Part shown: positions 55,249-64,000 of the stretch, piece after piece
How the letters are laid out: every line of letters starts with the position of its first letter
Position numbering within the stretch: position 1 is the stretch's first letter
Assembly (NCBI GenBank): GCA_009773355.1
Contig: WRPG01000001.1
Coordinates: 337,809 to 401,808, forward strand
DNA: 64,000 nt
Source of the DNA: Limisphaerales bacterium
GTDB taxonomy: Bacteria; Verrucomicrobiota; Verrucomicrobiia; Limisphaerales; SXTU01
Direction: 5' to 3'
Notes under the pieces: generated by a model
The model's input: the letters and a program-made list of their open reading frames with translations, nothing else
Told to the model about the DNA's origin: nothing
Databases searched by the model: none
Program-made: the position numbers and the translations under genes

Positions 55249-55860
55249 TCATTTCAGCTCCAGCACGCGCCACATATACCACGAGGCGATGGAACGGTAG
55301 GGGCGCCAGCGCTCGCCCTCGGCGAGAAGTTCTTTCGGCGTGGGCAGTTCCTTCCACCCGTAAGCTTTGGCAAAGCCGCAGCGCACGCCGTAATCGCCCA
55401 CGGGCAGAACATCGCGGCGGCCCAGTGTGAAGATGAGGAACATCTCGACGGTCCACGGCCCGACACCGCGAATTTCCGTGAGCCGCGCGATCAGTTCCTC
55501 GTCGCTCAGGCGCGCGGCATCGCGACGAGTTGGCACGTGGCCGGTGGTGGTCTTGTGGGCGATGTCCTTGATGGCCGCTGTCTTTGCGCGCGAAAGGCCG
55601 GCGCTGCGGAGCCGCTCGTCCGGCGCGGACACGACGGCTTCCGGCGATGGAAATTTCTCACCAGGGAACAGCGCGATGAAGCGCTTCAGAATGGTCTGCG
55701 CTGCCGTGCCGTTGAGTTGTTGATGCGCGACGGCCTGCACGAGCGACTGATACGGCGGACAGTTCCGGCGCGGACGGATGGTGCACGGCCCCACGTCGCG
55801 GATGACGCGCGCCAGGACGCGGTCAGCCTTGGACAGATGAAGTTCGGCGGCGCGATGCAT
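55249..55860 (-). CDS. DNA-3-methyladenine glycosylase II family (HhH-GPD, AlkA-like)
   Basis: LSRAKTAAIKDIA, IRGVGPWTVEMFLIF and VLPVGDYGV motifs. Confidence 0.88.
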   Translation of the reverse strand: MHRAAELHLSKADRVLARVIRDVGPCTIRPRRNCPPYQSLVQAVAHQQLNGTAAQTILKRFIALFPGEKFPSPEAVVSAPDERLRSAGLSRAKTAAIKDIAHKTTTGHVPTRRDAARLSDEELIARLTEIRGVGPWTVEMFLIFTLGRRDVLPVGDYGVRCGFAKAYGWKELPTPKELLAEGERWRPYRSIASWYMWRVLELK

Positions 55861-55878
55861 GGTCGCAGCCTGACACGG

Positions 55879-57315
55879 CTACCACGCCCGTTCAATGCTC
55901 CGGCGCTTCCAGAGGAACTCGAACATGTTCCCCTCGTGCGGCTGATCCCAAGAAATCTTCATCGTCGAGACCGGGCCGATGTTCAGCCGGTCAATCTCCG
56001 CGAAGTCGGTGACGGCCTCGATGAACTTCGCGTCCTTGGTGATAACGCTCGCGGCCAGCGTGTAGCCAATTTTCTCCAGCATCTCGGACTGCGGGCAGTT
56101 GACGACGCTGGCGTAGGGGCAGAGGAATTCCTTGTTCGCCAGCGGGTGCGCGAAGCTGTCGCACTGCACGATGGTCGGGCGCAGGAAGATGCCGCCCTCG
56201 AAGAACACCTTGCGCGGGCCGTTGCGATACTTGGCGGTCACGTCGGTCGCGCCGGGGGTCTGGAGGCCCTCGTCAATCTGGCTGTCAATGAACTCAGCCA
56301 TCTTGGCGTTCGCGAAGCCGGACAGGCGCGCGTTCGGGTCATCAACTCGGGCCGGCTGAATGGGGCCGAGTTTCTGCGCCAGCGCGTCGGCGATTTCCGC
56401 CGCGTAGCGAGGGACCACGACGGCGGAGGCGTTGATACAGGAGCGCCCGCCGTTGTCGGAAATCGCGCCGGCGATGACATCAATGTAGTCGCGCCAGTTC
56501 TCGATGCAGTCCTCGCCGATGAGGAACTTGCTCCAGCCGGGGCCGTGAAGCTGGATGGCGGGGTTGTTGGCGTATTGGGCCATCGTGTTCTTGTCACCGA
56601 AGATGAGCGAGCGGCCCGTGGTCTTGAGAATCTCCCCTGCCCCCTCGTGGTCGGTCGGGTAGAAGCCGAACGCCTCCGCCGGCACGCCCGCCGCGATGAA
56701 CGCCTGAATCAGCCGGAAGGGCGTCCACGGCTCCTCCTTGCCGGGCTTGATGACCACCGGCGTCTTGAGCGCGATGGCGGGGAGCCACAGCGAGTTGACC
56801 GCAGGCGAGTTGCTCGGCATGACGAGGCCGAGCGCCTGGCAGGTGGGGAAGTAACTCAGCTTGGTGCCGAACTGCTCGCCCGTGCCGGCGTCGAGGATGC
56901 CAAGATCCAGGCCGCGAGAGAGACCGTTGAGCACGAACTTCAGGTTCGTCAGCGCGAAATGGATTTTGTCCATGTTGCGGCGGACGAGGTTCCACGGCAG
57001 GCCGCTCGTGCTGCTGAGGGTCTCGATGTATTGCTGCGCGGTCTGCGTGTGGCCGCCATCGCCCAGCGGCAGCGTGCCGTTCAGGAAGAGGTCGCCGGCC
57101 TTGGCGGACAGCTCGATGAGCTGCGCGCAGGTGAACTGCTTCAGCGCCGCGCGGCTGGCGGCGAGCTTCTTCAAGTCCTTGCGGATGATGCCGGCGTTGA
57201 CGGTGGAGACCTCGGCGCGAACCTCGCCGGTCTTGTGGTCCTTGACGGCGGACTGGTCGAGGCTGCGGTAGGGGCGGCCGAGGCGGAGGGCGGGCAGGTG
57301 CGGGACTTGGCTCAT
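55879..57315 (-). CDS. aldehyde dehydrogenase family protein
   Basis: 478 aa with ALDH-like layout (KPGKEEPW, GGRSCINASAVVVP catalytic-Cys region). Confidence 0.85.
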   Translation of the reverse strand: MSQVPHLPALRLGRPYRSLDQSAVKDHKTGEVRAEVSTVNAGIIRKDLKKLAASRAALKQFTCAQLIELSAKAGDLFLNGTLPLGDGGHTQTAQQYIETLSSTSGLPWNLVRRNMDKIHFALTNLKFVLNGLSRGLDLGILDAGTGEQFGTKLSYFPTCQALGLVMPSNSPAVNSLWLPAIALKTPVVIKPGKEEPWTPFRLIQAFIAAGVPAEAFGFYPTDHEGAGEILKTTGRSLIFGDKNTMAQYANNPAIQLHGPGWSKFLIGEDCIENWRDYIDVIAGAISDNGGRSCINASAVVVPRYAAEIADALAQKLGPIQPARVDDPNARLSGFANAKMAEFIDSQIDEGLQTPGATDVTAKYRNGPRKVFFEGGIFLRPTIVQCDSFAHPLANKEFLCPYASVVNCPQSEMLEKIGYTLAASVITKDAKFIEAVTDFAEIDRLNIGPVSTMKISWDQPHEGNMFEFLWKRRSIERAW

Positions 57316-57319
57316 GCTT

Positions 57320-57352
57320 TGATACGTGTGCGTTTAATACGTGCGCGTATCA
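57320..57352. promoter_or_regulatory. candidate operator: ATACGTGYGCGT direct repeat inside a TGATACG/CGTATCA inverted frame
   Basis: TGATACGTGTGCGTTTAATACGTGCGCGTATCA lies 5-37 nt upstream of the aldehyde dehydrogenase ATG (57315). It is locally AT-rich for this genome. Confidence 0.35.
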
Positions 57353-57876
57353 TTTGGGGAAAGCGGCGGGCGTTGCAAGTCATTATTTTCCGCCTGACGA
57401 CACCCTCTCCGCCATCGTGGCCGCCGGCTTTAGCCTGCGCTTTGCAGCGGCGGCCTGTGGCCGCCGAACGTCTCGAATGTTTGCCCGGCTCGGCGGGCAC
57501 AGACCGCCGCCACAGGGCATCAAGATTCGCAACCTGAAGGTTGCCCCTGAGTCCGACGGACGGCTCGCGAGGATGCTCGTCTTCCCAACTCCTCTCCCTC
57601 TCCACCTCGATGTATGGACTGAGGACATGGTGGACCGGTGTGCGGGGGCATGAGTTGGGGAAATGGGAGTGTGGACCAGCCGGTCGTTACGCTCTCCTCT
57701 CCCCGGCCCTCCCCTCCACCCGATGGAGGAAAGGGAGCGGCTTTTCTCTGTCAGATGGTGCGGGTGTCAAGCTGCGCCCGGGGATGGCGGACAACCAGAC
57801 GGACGATTGACATCCCCATGAAAAACCGCTCGCATCTCGGCGTCACAAACACCGCACACGCATCATCTCCTTTCCC

Positions 57877-58902
57877 ATGAGCAAAAAATACAACGTCGGA
57901 GTCATCGGTTACGGCTGGGTCGCCACCGCGCACATTCCCGCCCTCAACGCCTCGGCGCAGGCGCAGGTCACGGCGGTTTATTCCTCCCGCGCGCAGGATG
58001 GCGTGGCGCTGTCCGCCAAATACGGCTCGCCCATCACGACTTACACGAGCCTCAACGCGATGCTCGCGGACCCGAACATCCACGCGGTGTCCGTCTGCTC
58101 GATGCCCAGCCTGCACGCGCAGCACGTCATCGCCGCCGCGCGGGCCGGCAAGCACATCATCATCGAGAAGCCCCTGGCCATGTCCCAGAAGGACGTGGAC
58201 GCGATGGTCGCGGCCGTGAAGCAGGCCGGCGTGAAGACCTGCGTCTGCTTCGAGTGCCGTTACAGCAGCCAGTTCCAGGCGACGAAGGCGGTCCTTGACC
58301 AGGGGCTGCTCGGCAAGCTGCATTACGGCGAGGTGGACTACTATCACGGGATCGGCCCGTGGTATGGGCAGTTCCGCTGGAACACGGCCAAGAAGGACGG
58401 CGGCAGCGCCCTCCTCACCGCCGGCTGCCACGCGCTCGACGCGCTGCTGCTCTGCATGGGCAGCGAGGTCACGGAAGTCACCAGCTACGACACGCGCTCG
58501 CAGAGCAAGATCTTCAAGCCCTACGAATACACGACCACCAGCGTCACCCTGCTCAAGTTCAAGAACGGCGCGGTGGGCAAGTGCGCCGCCGTGGTGGACT
58601 GCCTCCAGCCCTATTACTTCCACACCCACCTCGTCGGCAGCGAGGGCAGCCTGCTGGACGACAAGTTCCACTCGATGAAGCTCGGCACCAACAAGGCCAA
58701 GTGGAGCCAGCTCTCGATGAAGATGCTCGACTCCGGCGACGTGAGCGACCATCCGTATCAGTCGCAGTTCCAGGCCTTCTTCGACGCGCTCGACGCCGGC
58801 AAGGAAATGGCCCTCACCAGTCTCGCGGACGCGGCGGCCAGCCACCGGGTCATGTTCGCCGCCGACAAGTCGGCGGCGACGGGGAAGACCGTGAAACTGT
58901 GA
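57877..58902 (+). CDS. Gfo/Idh/MocA-family oxidoreductase
   Basis: VGVIGYGWVA Rossmann N-terminus and IIEKPLA motif. Confidence 0.92.
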   Translation: MSKKYNVGVIGYGWVATAHIPALNASAQAQVTAVYSSRAQDGVALSAKYGSPITTYTSLNAMLADPNIHAVSVCSMPSLHAQHVIAAARAGKHIIIEKPLAMSQKDVDAMVAAVKQAGVKTCVCFECRYSSQFQATKAVLDQGLLGKLHYGEVDYYHGIGPWYGQFRWNTAKKDGGSALLTAGCHALDALLLCMGSEVTEVTSYDTRSQSKIFKPYEYTTTSVTLLKFKNGAVGKCAAVVDCLQPYYFHTHLVGSEGSLLDDKFHSMKLGTNKAKWSQLSMKMLDSGDVSDHPYQSQFQAFFDALDAGKEMALTSLADAAASHRVMFAADKSAATGKTVKL

Positions 58903-59055
58903 GCGTCGCTTGGGGCGGGCCGTCGCGGCCATGAGCTTCTGCGGCACGAGCAAGTTCTCCGCCGCCAATGGGCTGGAACTTCCGGCGCCCTGTGCTGTCC
59001 GCCAGCTTCGCGGCTGCGGAGCGCGGGCGGCCACGGGCGCGCCAGCGGTTTTGCG

Positions 59056-60636
59056 ATGCCACTGACTGCCCATTCCGATTCACTCCTTCCCCGCCCCGCA
59101 CGCTCTTGCTACAAACTCCGCGTGCGAAACACCACCGATTCACTTTGGAAGGCGCTCGCGGCGCGCCAGTGGCTCCGCCTGCTCGCTCGTTGCTTGTCCG
59201 TGGGCTGGCTCGCCGCGACGTGCGTCATCGCCGCCGAGCGGAAGCCGAACCTCATCTTCATCCTCGCCGATGACCTCGGTTACGGGGACCTCGGGTGCTA
59301 CGGACAGAAGCTGATTCAGACGCCGAACCTGGACCGCATGGCGGCGGAGGGGATGCGGTTCACGCAGTTTTACGCCGGCTCGACGGTGTGCGCGCCGAGC
59401 CGCAGCGTGCTGATGACGGGCCTGCACACGGGGCACACGCGCGTGCGCGGCAACGCGGGCACGGTCAACCCGCTGGCGCAGTCGCTCCGGCCGGGGGACA
59501 TGACGGTGGCGCGTGCGCTCAAGGCCGCCGGCTACGCGACGGCGCTCATCGGCAAATGGGGCCTCGGCGACGAAGGCGAGGCGGCGGTGGGATTGCCGAC
59601 GCGGCAGGGGTTCGATTACTTCTTCGGCTACGCGAACCAGCATCACGCGCACAATTACTACCCGGACTTTCTCATGCGCGGGGAGGAGCAGGTGAAATTG
59701 CGGAACAAGGTTGCGCCCGGCAGCGCGGACAATCCCATCGCGCGGCGGTTCGGCGTCGGCTACGCGAGCGAGAAGGTGGAGTATTCGCACGACCTCATCG
59801 CGGCGGAGGGCTTGAAGTGGGTGGAGCAGCAGAAGGACCGGCCGTTCTTCCTCTACTTCGCGCTGACGACGCCGCACGCGAACAATGAGGCCAACCGCGA
59901 CCTGAAGAACGGGCAGGAGGTGCCGGACTTCGGGATTTACGCGGACAAGGACTGGTCGCCGCAGAACAAGGGACAGGCGGCGATGATCTCGCGCATGGAC
60001 CGGGACATCGGGCGGCTCTTCGACTTGCTCAAGCGGCTGAAGCTGGACGAGCACACGCTGGTGTTTTTCAGCTCGGACAACGGGCCGCACAACGAGGGCG
60101 GACACACGCCGGAGCTTTTCCAGCCGGCCGGGCCGTTGCGCGGCATGAAGCGCAGCCTGACCGACGGCGGCATCCGCGTGCCGTTCCTCGCGCGGTGGCC
60201 GGGCAAGATTAAGCCCGGCAGCGTGTCCAGCCACGTCGGCTGGTTCGCGGACTTTCTCGCGACGGCCAGCGAGCTGTCGGGCGTGAAGGCAGCGGCGCAG
60301 ACGGACGGCTTGAGTTTCCTGCCCACGCTGCTCGGCCAGCCGGACAAGCAGGCGAAGCACAAACACCTGTATTGGGAGTTCCACGAGCGCGGGTTCAACC
60401 AGGCGGTGCTGATGGACGGGCGTTGGAAGGCAATTCGACTCGGCCGGCTCGACGCGCCGGTGGAGATTTACGACGTGGCGAACGACATCGGCGAAAAGCA
60501 GAACCTTGCGGCGGAAAAGCCGGAGCTGGTGGCGCAGGCGAAGGAGTTGTTCACCTCCTCGCGCACGGAATCGCCGGACTGGCCCATCAAGGAGGGCGTG
60601 TCCGGCGCGGCGGGCAAGGGCGGGAAAAAGAAGTAG
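59056..60636 (+). CDS. sulfatase (formylglycine-dependent arylsulfatase type)
   Basis: FILADDLGYGDLG and the C-A-P-S-R motif (TVCAPSRSVLMTG). Start may be GTG 59122 instead of ATG 59056. Confidence 0.92.
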   Translation: MPLTAHSDSLLPRPARSCYKLRVRNTTDSLWKALAARQWLRLLARCLSVGWLAATCVIAAERKPNLIFILADDLGYGDLGCYGQKLIQTPNLDRMAAEGMRFTQFYAGSTVCAPSRSVLMTGLHTGHTRVRGNAGTVNPLAQSLRPGDMTVARALKAAGYATALIGKWGLGDEGEAAVGLPTRQGFDYFFGYANQHHAHNYYPDFLMRGEEQVKLRNKVAPGSADNPIARRFGVGYASEKVEYSHDLIAAEGLKWVEQQKDRPFFLYFALTTPHANNEANRDLKNGQEVPDFGIYADKDWSPQNKGQAAMISRMDRDIGRLFDLLKRLKLDEHTLVFFSSDNGPHNEGGHTPELFQPAGPLRGMKRSLTDGGIRVPFLARWPGKIKPGSVSSHVGWFADFLATASELSGVKAAAQTDGLSFLPTLLGQPDKQAKHKHLYWEFHERGFNQAVLMDGRWKAIRLGRLDAPVEIYDVANDIGEKQNLAAEKPELVAQAKELFTSSRTESPDWPIKEGVSGAAGKGGKKK

Positions 60637-60833
60637 CTGGCAAACCGTGGTGGGGCGAGCATCCCCTCAAGCCGGGCTTGCCTGGGCCATTGGCGCAAGG
60701 CTCGCGAGGACGCCCGCCCGCCGGATTCGTCCCGTTCGCCGCCCAAATTCTTGCAGACACGCCGCCCGCCTTTCCGCTACGCTTCCGCTCACCCTGAGCT
60801 ACGAAAGGCGCAGCGGAAGTATCAGCTTTGACC

Positions 60834-61883
60834 ATGAAACCGAAACCCGGCTCCAACCGCGGCGGCGTGCTCGCCGGCGGCAATTGGATTGTTGACCAGG
60901 TCAAGATGATTGACGTGTATCCGCAGCGTGAGCGGCTCGCCAACATCAGCCGCCAGTCCGAGGGCACCGGCGGCGCGCCTTACAACGTCCTCGTGGACCT
61001 GGCCCGGCTGGGCGCGCCGTTCCCGCTCGCCGGCGCGGGGCTGGTGGGCAAGGACCTGCTCGGCGACCAGATTCTCGAAGACTGCAAGCGCCACAAGATT
61101 GACGCCCGGTTCATCCGCGCCACCGCCGACGCGCCCACGTCCTACACCGACGTGATGACCGAGACGGCCGGCGGCGTGCGCACGTTCTTCCATTGCCGCG
61201 GCGCGAACGCGCTCTGGGATGGCAAGGATCTCGATTTCAGCAAGACCAAGGCGAAGATTTTCCACCTCGGCTACCTGCTGCTGCTCGACGCGATGGACAA
61301 GGAGGACAAGAAGTTCGGCACCAAGGCCGCCGCGCTCCTCGCCGCCGCGCAGGCGGCCGGCCTCAAGACCAGCGTGGACACCGTCAGCGAGGACAGCGAC
61401 CGCTTCAGCAGGATCGTCACGCCCGCGCTCAAGTTCGTGGACTACTGCATCCTCAACGAGCTGGAGGCGGGCAAGACCACGGGCTTCAAGATTCGCAAGC
61501 CCGACGGCACGCTCGACACCGTCTCGCTCCGGCACGCCGCCGGCGCGCTGCTGCAATGCGGGGTGAAGGAGCTGGTCGTCATCCACTTCCCCGAGGGCGG
61601 CTTCGCCCGCACGCGCGACGGCAAGGACTCCTGGCAGTCCTCCCTGAACCTCCCGCAAAAATACATCGCCGGCAGCGCGGGCGCGGGCGACGCCTTCTGC
61701 GCCGGGGTCCTCTACGGCCTGCACGAGGGCTGGGAATTGCAGAAGTGCCTGCTCACCGGGGTCTGCGTTGCCGCCGCGAGCCTCAGCAATCCCACTTGCA
61801 CGCAAGGCGTGGGCAAGCTCGATGCCGCGCTGGCGCTGGCGAAGAAGTTCAAACCGCGTCCGCCGCTGGAGCCGGAGTTTTAG
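60834..61883 (+). CDS. PfkB-family carbohydrate kinase
   Basis: GGAPYNV and the C-terminal GAGDAFCAG motif. ATG 60834. The 60828 start in the ORF track is a TTG. Confidence 0.88.
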   Translation: MKPKPGSNRGGVLAGGNWIVDQVKMIDVYPQRERLANISRQSEGTGGAPYNVLVDLARLGAPFPLAGAGLVGKDLLGDQILEDCKRHKIDARFIRATADAPTSYTDVMTETAGGVRTFFHCRGANALWDGKDLDFSKTKAKIFHLGYLLLLDAMDKEDKKFGTKAAALLAAAQAAGLKTSVDTVSEDSDRFSRIVTPALKFVDYCILNELEAGKTTGFKIRKPDGTLDTVSLRHAAGALLQCGVKELVVIHFPEGGFARTRDGKDSWQSSLNLPQKYIAGSAGAGDAFCAGVLYGLHEGWELQKCLLTGVCVAAASLSNPTCTQGVGKLDAALALAKKFKPRPPLEPEF

Positions 61884-61903
61884 CCTCGCCAGCCGCCGGT
61901 GTC

Positions 61904-62206
61904 TCACGGTTGCCCGGGGCAAATCTGACAGGCTCCAAAAAACTCTGATTCGGGAACCGAGTTGGTCAAGTAACCGTGCGGGCAGAGGTCGCTCTGTTCG
62001 ATGCGAACGGAGGCCCTATAGGTTGGCGACGCCAGCGCCAACATGATGCCAGCAAGGATTCCAAGGCCAACGCAGCGGAGAATTGTGGAGCGGTGCGATT
62101 GGACGAGTTCCCACAAATAGCCGGGGGTCCGGGCCGCACTTTTCAACACAGCGGACAAACCAATGATGGCGAATCGCGGGGCGGAGGCTTTGTCTGTGTC
62201 CGGCAT
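61904..62206 (-). pseudogene. orphan N-terminal fragment of a Wzz/GumC-type chain-length-determinant protein
   Basis: YLWELVQSHRSTILRCVGLGILAGIMLALASPTYRASVRIEQS matches the Wzz N-terminal TM plus Y-x-A-x-x-x-I motif. The ORF ends after 100 aa with no periplasmic or kinase part. Local GC about 55%. Confidence 0.4.
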
Positions 62207-62238
62207 GAGCGATGTCAGTTTGCAGTCCGCTTAAGCGT

Positions 62239-63255
62239 TCAGAGCAAACGCGCGCCGTTCCCGTTCTCCTCCGGGAAGACCGCGCGCCCCTTCTCCACCC
62301 GCACGCCCGTCGCGATGTCCTTGGCGATGAGCACCGCGCCGTCCATGTCCACGTAGTCGAGCAGCGGGAGTAGTTGTGCGATGGCGGAGATGCCCACGCT
62401 CGATTCGCACATGCAGCCGACCATCGTCTTGAGGCCCAGCTCGCGGGCGCGGAGCAGCATTCGTCTGCCGGGCGTGAGTCCACCGGCTTTGGTGAGCTTC
62501 ACGTTGATGCCGTGGAAAAAACCGACGCAGCGTTCTACATCCTCCGCCACGAGGCAGCTCTCATCTGCCATGATGGGTAACGCGGATTCGGCGAACAGGC
62601 GCTTCATGCCCGCCCACTCGCCTGCCGGCAGCGGCTGCTCGATGAACTCAACCCCCAGCGCCTTCAACTCCGGCGCGAAGGCGAGCGTCTGCTCGACCGA
62701 CCACGCGCAGTTCGCGTCCACGCGGAAGATGGCGCTCGTATGCTTCCGCAACTCACGCACGATGGCGAGGTCGTCCGGCGTGCCGAGCTTGATCTTGTAG
62801 ATGGGCCAGCCGTCGAACTCGCGCAGCTTCATCACCATCGTCGGCACGTCGGCGATGCCGATGGTGTAGTTGCTCAACGGCCCGCCGCGCTGCGTGAGTC
62901 CCCAGAGCTTCCAGACCGGCTGGCCGCGTTGCTTGCCCCAGAGGTCGTGCGCGGCCTCATCCAGCGCGCACATGGCGAAGCGGTTGTGGCCCAGCACGGG
63001 CAGCAGCCGGTCCCAGAGCGCCGCCGGATCGTCGAGCTGCTCGGACTCGATGCGGGCGCGGGCGGCTTCGAGGTCGGCTCGCATGACCGGCGCGGTGAAG
63101 GCCTTGTAAGCGTGCGAGGACGCGCCCTCGCCATAGCCGGTGAACCCGCCGTCGCGCAGCTCGACGAGGAGGTTTTTCTGCACGGTGGTCGTGCCTTGCG
63201 AGATGGTGAAGGCGTGGCGCAGCGGCAGGTCAATTTCGCGGAGGGTCAGTTGCAT
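62239..63255 (-). CDS. dipeptide epimerase (enolase superfamily, L-Ala-D/L-Glu epimerase-like)
   Basis: KIKLG, RVDANCAW, IEQPLP, IMADES and KLTKAGG blocks. ATG 63255. The upstream part of ORF 62239..63579 is R/P-rich junk. Confidence 0.88.
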   Translation of the reverse strand: MQLTLREIDLPLRHAFTISQGTTTVQKNLLVELRDGGFTGYGEGASSHAYKAFTAPVMRADLEAARARIESEQLDDPAALWDRLLPVLGHNRFAMCALDEAAHDLWGKQRGQPVWKLWGLTQRGGPLSNYTIGIADVPTMVMKLREFDGWPIYKIKLGTPDDLAIVRELRKHTSAIFRVDANCAWSVEQTLAFAPELKALGVEFIEQPLPAGEWAGMKRLFAESALPIMADESCLVAEDVERCVGFFHGINVKLTKAGGLTPGRRMLLRARELGLKTMVGCMCESSVGISAIAQLLPLLDYVDMDGAVLIAKDIATGVRVEKGRAVFPEENGNGARLL

Positions 63256-63272
63256 GGGTGTTGAGGAGTCTT

Positions 63273-64000
63273 TCAGGCGAAAAGTTCGTGGACAACGCGC
63301 GCGCCCGTGACTTCGGCGTCGGTGAGCGTCTCGTTCCGTCCGTGGTGTGGGAAGGAAACGCGCGTGTGGTCGAGGCCGAACTGGTGCAGCAAGGTCGCGT
63401 GCAAATCGGGCACGCTGACCTTGTCCTTCACGGCACGGTAGCCGAACTCGTCCGTCGCGCCGTGGATGTGGCCGCGCCGGAAGCCGCCGCCGGCCAGCAG
63501 CAGCGAGAAGGCATTCCGGTTGTGGTCGCGGCCCAGGCCGTTCTGCGAAACGGGCAGCCGGCCAAACTCGCCGGCCCACACGACGATGGTGCTCTCCAGC
63601 AGGCCGCGCGCCTTCAGGTCGCGGATCAGCGCGGCGGACGGCAGGTCCGTGTAGCCGGCGATTTCAGCCAGCTCCGTGTCCACGTTGCGGTGCGTGTCCC
63701 ACGGCTGGAACTGCGGCTTCACGGGCGGGAACACCTGCACAAAGCGCACGCCGGACTCGACCAGCCGCCGCGCCATGAGACAACGCAGGCCGTAGCCGCG
63801 CGTGACCTTCTCTTCTAGGCCGTAGAGCCGCTGGGTGGCGGGGCTTTCGCGCTGCCAATCCAGCGTCGCGGCGGCGGCGAGCTGCATGCGGGCGGCCAGC
63901 TCGTAGTTTCGGATGCGCGCCTCCAAATCCGGCTCGCCGGGATGCGCTCGCTGATGCTCGCGGTTGAGGCGGGCGAGCAGGTCGAGCTGCGCGCGGCGTG
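63273..64000 (-). CDS. DUF1501 domain protein (5-prime end outside window)
   Basis: Frame stays open to the window edge (...AQLDLLARLNREHQRAHPGEPDLEARIRNYELAARMQ...). WAGEFGR, GRDHN and HATLLHQFGLDH blocks. Confidence 0.88.
   Translation of the reverse strand, partial: RRAQLDLLARLNREHQRAHPGEPDLEARIRNYELAARMQLAAAATLDWQRESPATQRLYGLEEKVTRGYGLRCLMARRLVESGVRFVQVFPPVKPQFQPWDTHRNVDTELAEIAGYTDLPSAALIRDLKARGLLESTIVVWAGEFGRLPVSQNGLGRDHNRNAFSLLLAGGGFRRGHIHGATDEFGYRAVKDKVSVPDLHATLLHQFGLDHTRVSFPHHGRNETLTDAEVTGARVVHELFA

Noticed and set aside
55537-57537. 666-aa plus-strand ORF
   Set aside because: It is antisense to the glycosylase and aldehyde dehydrogenase genes. It has an R/A/G/L-rich composition and no motifs.

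Overview
High-GC (about 65-68%) chromosomal segment. It is most consistent with a PVC-superphylum bacterium (Verrucomicrobiota or Planctomycetota), because it carries a PSCyt/PSD giant protein plus DUF1501 pair, a second DUF1501 gene, a dehydrogenase-HEAT-CxxCH protein of the Pirellula/Verrucomicrobium type, and two sulfatases. I call about 64 protein-coding genes, almost all ordinary housekeeping or metabolic functions: dapB, folK, kdsB, pcm, gmk, coaC, manA, sugar-nucleotide transferases, two sensor kinases, a sigma-54 regulator, esterases, dehydrogenases, a ROK kinase, Ppx/GppA, an M50 protease and a ParE-type toxin-antitoxin pair. I saw no rRNA, tRNA, CRISPR array, integrase, transposase or recognisable defence operon. 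The unusual content is not a gene cluster. It is a very dense, multi-family population of palindromic REP/MITE-like elements, many with arms built from tandem 7-nt (sometimes 10-nt) units. They occupy nearly every intergenic spacer longer than about 60 bp. Several abut or overlap start codons (folK, ppx, the hpnK-like gene, the hpnD-like gene, gmk, coaC). At least seven copies are read through in frame inside intact genes, five of them in one 1288-codon gene. Secondary oddities: a 1.15-kb low-GC HEAT-repeat gene bracketed by 46-bp direct repeats that duplicate the 3-prime end of the neighbouring esterase gene; a roughly 580-bp low-GC patch inside the large HEAT gene; a low-GC TA islet; a tandem pair of non-canonical thymidylate-kinase-like genes; and an orphan Wzz N-terminal fragment. 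Repeat coordinates were read by eye and may be off by 1-2 nt. All family names come from motif recognition, not searches.
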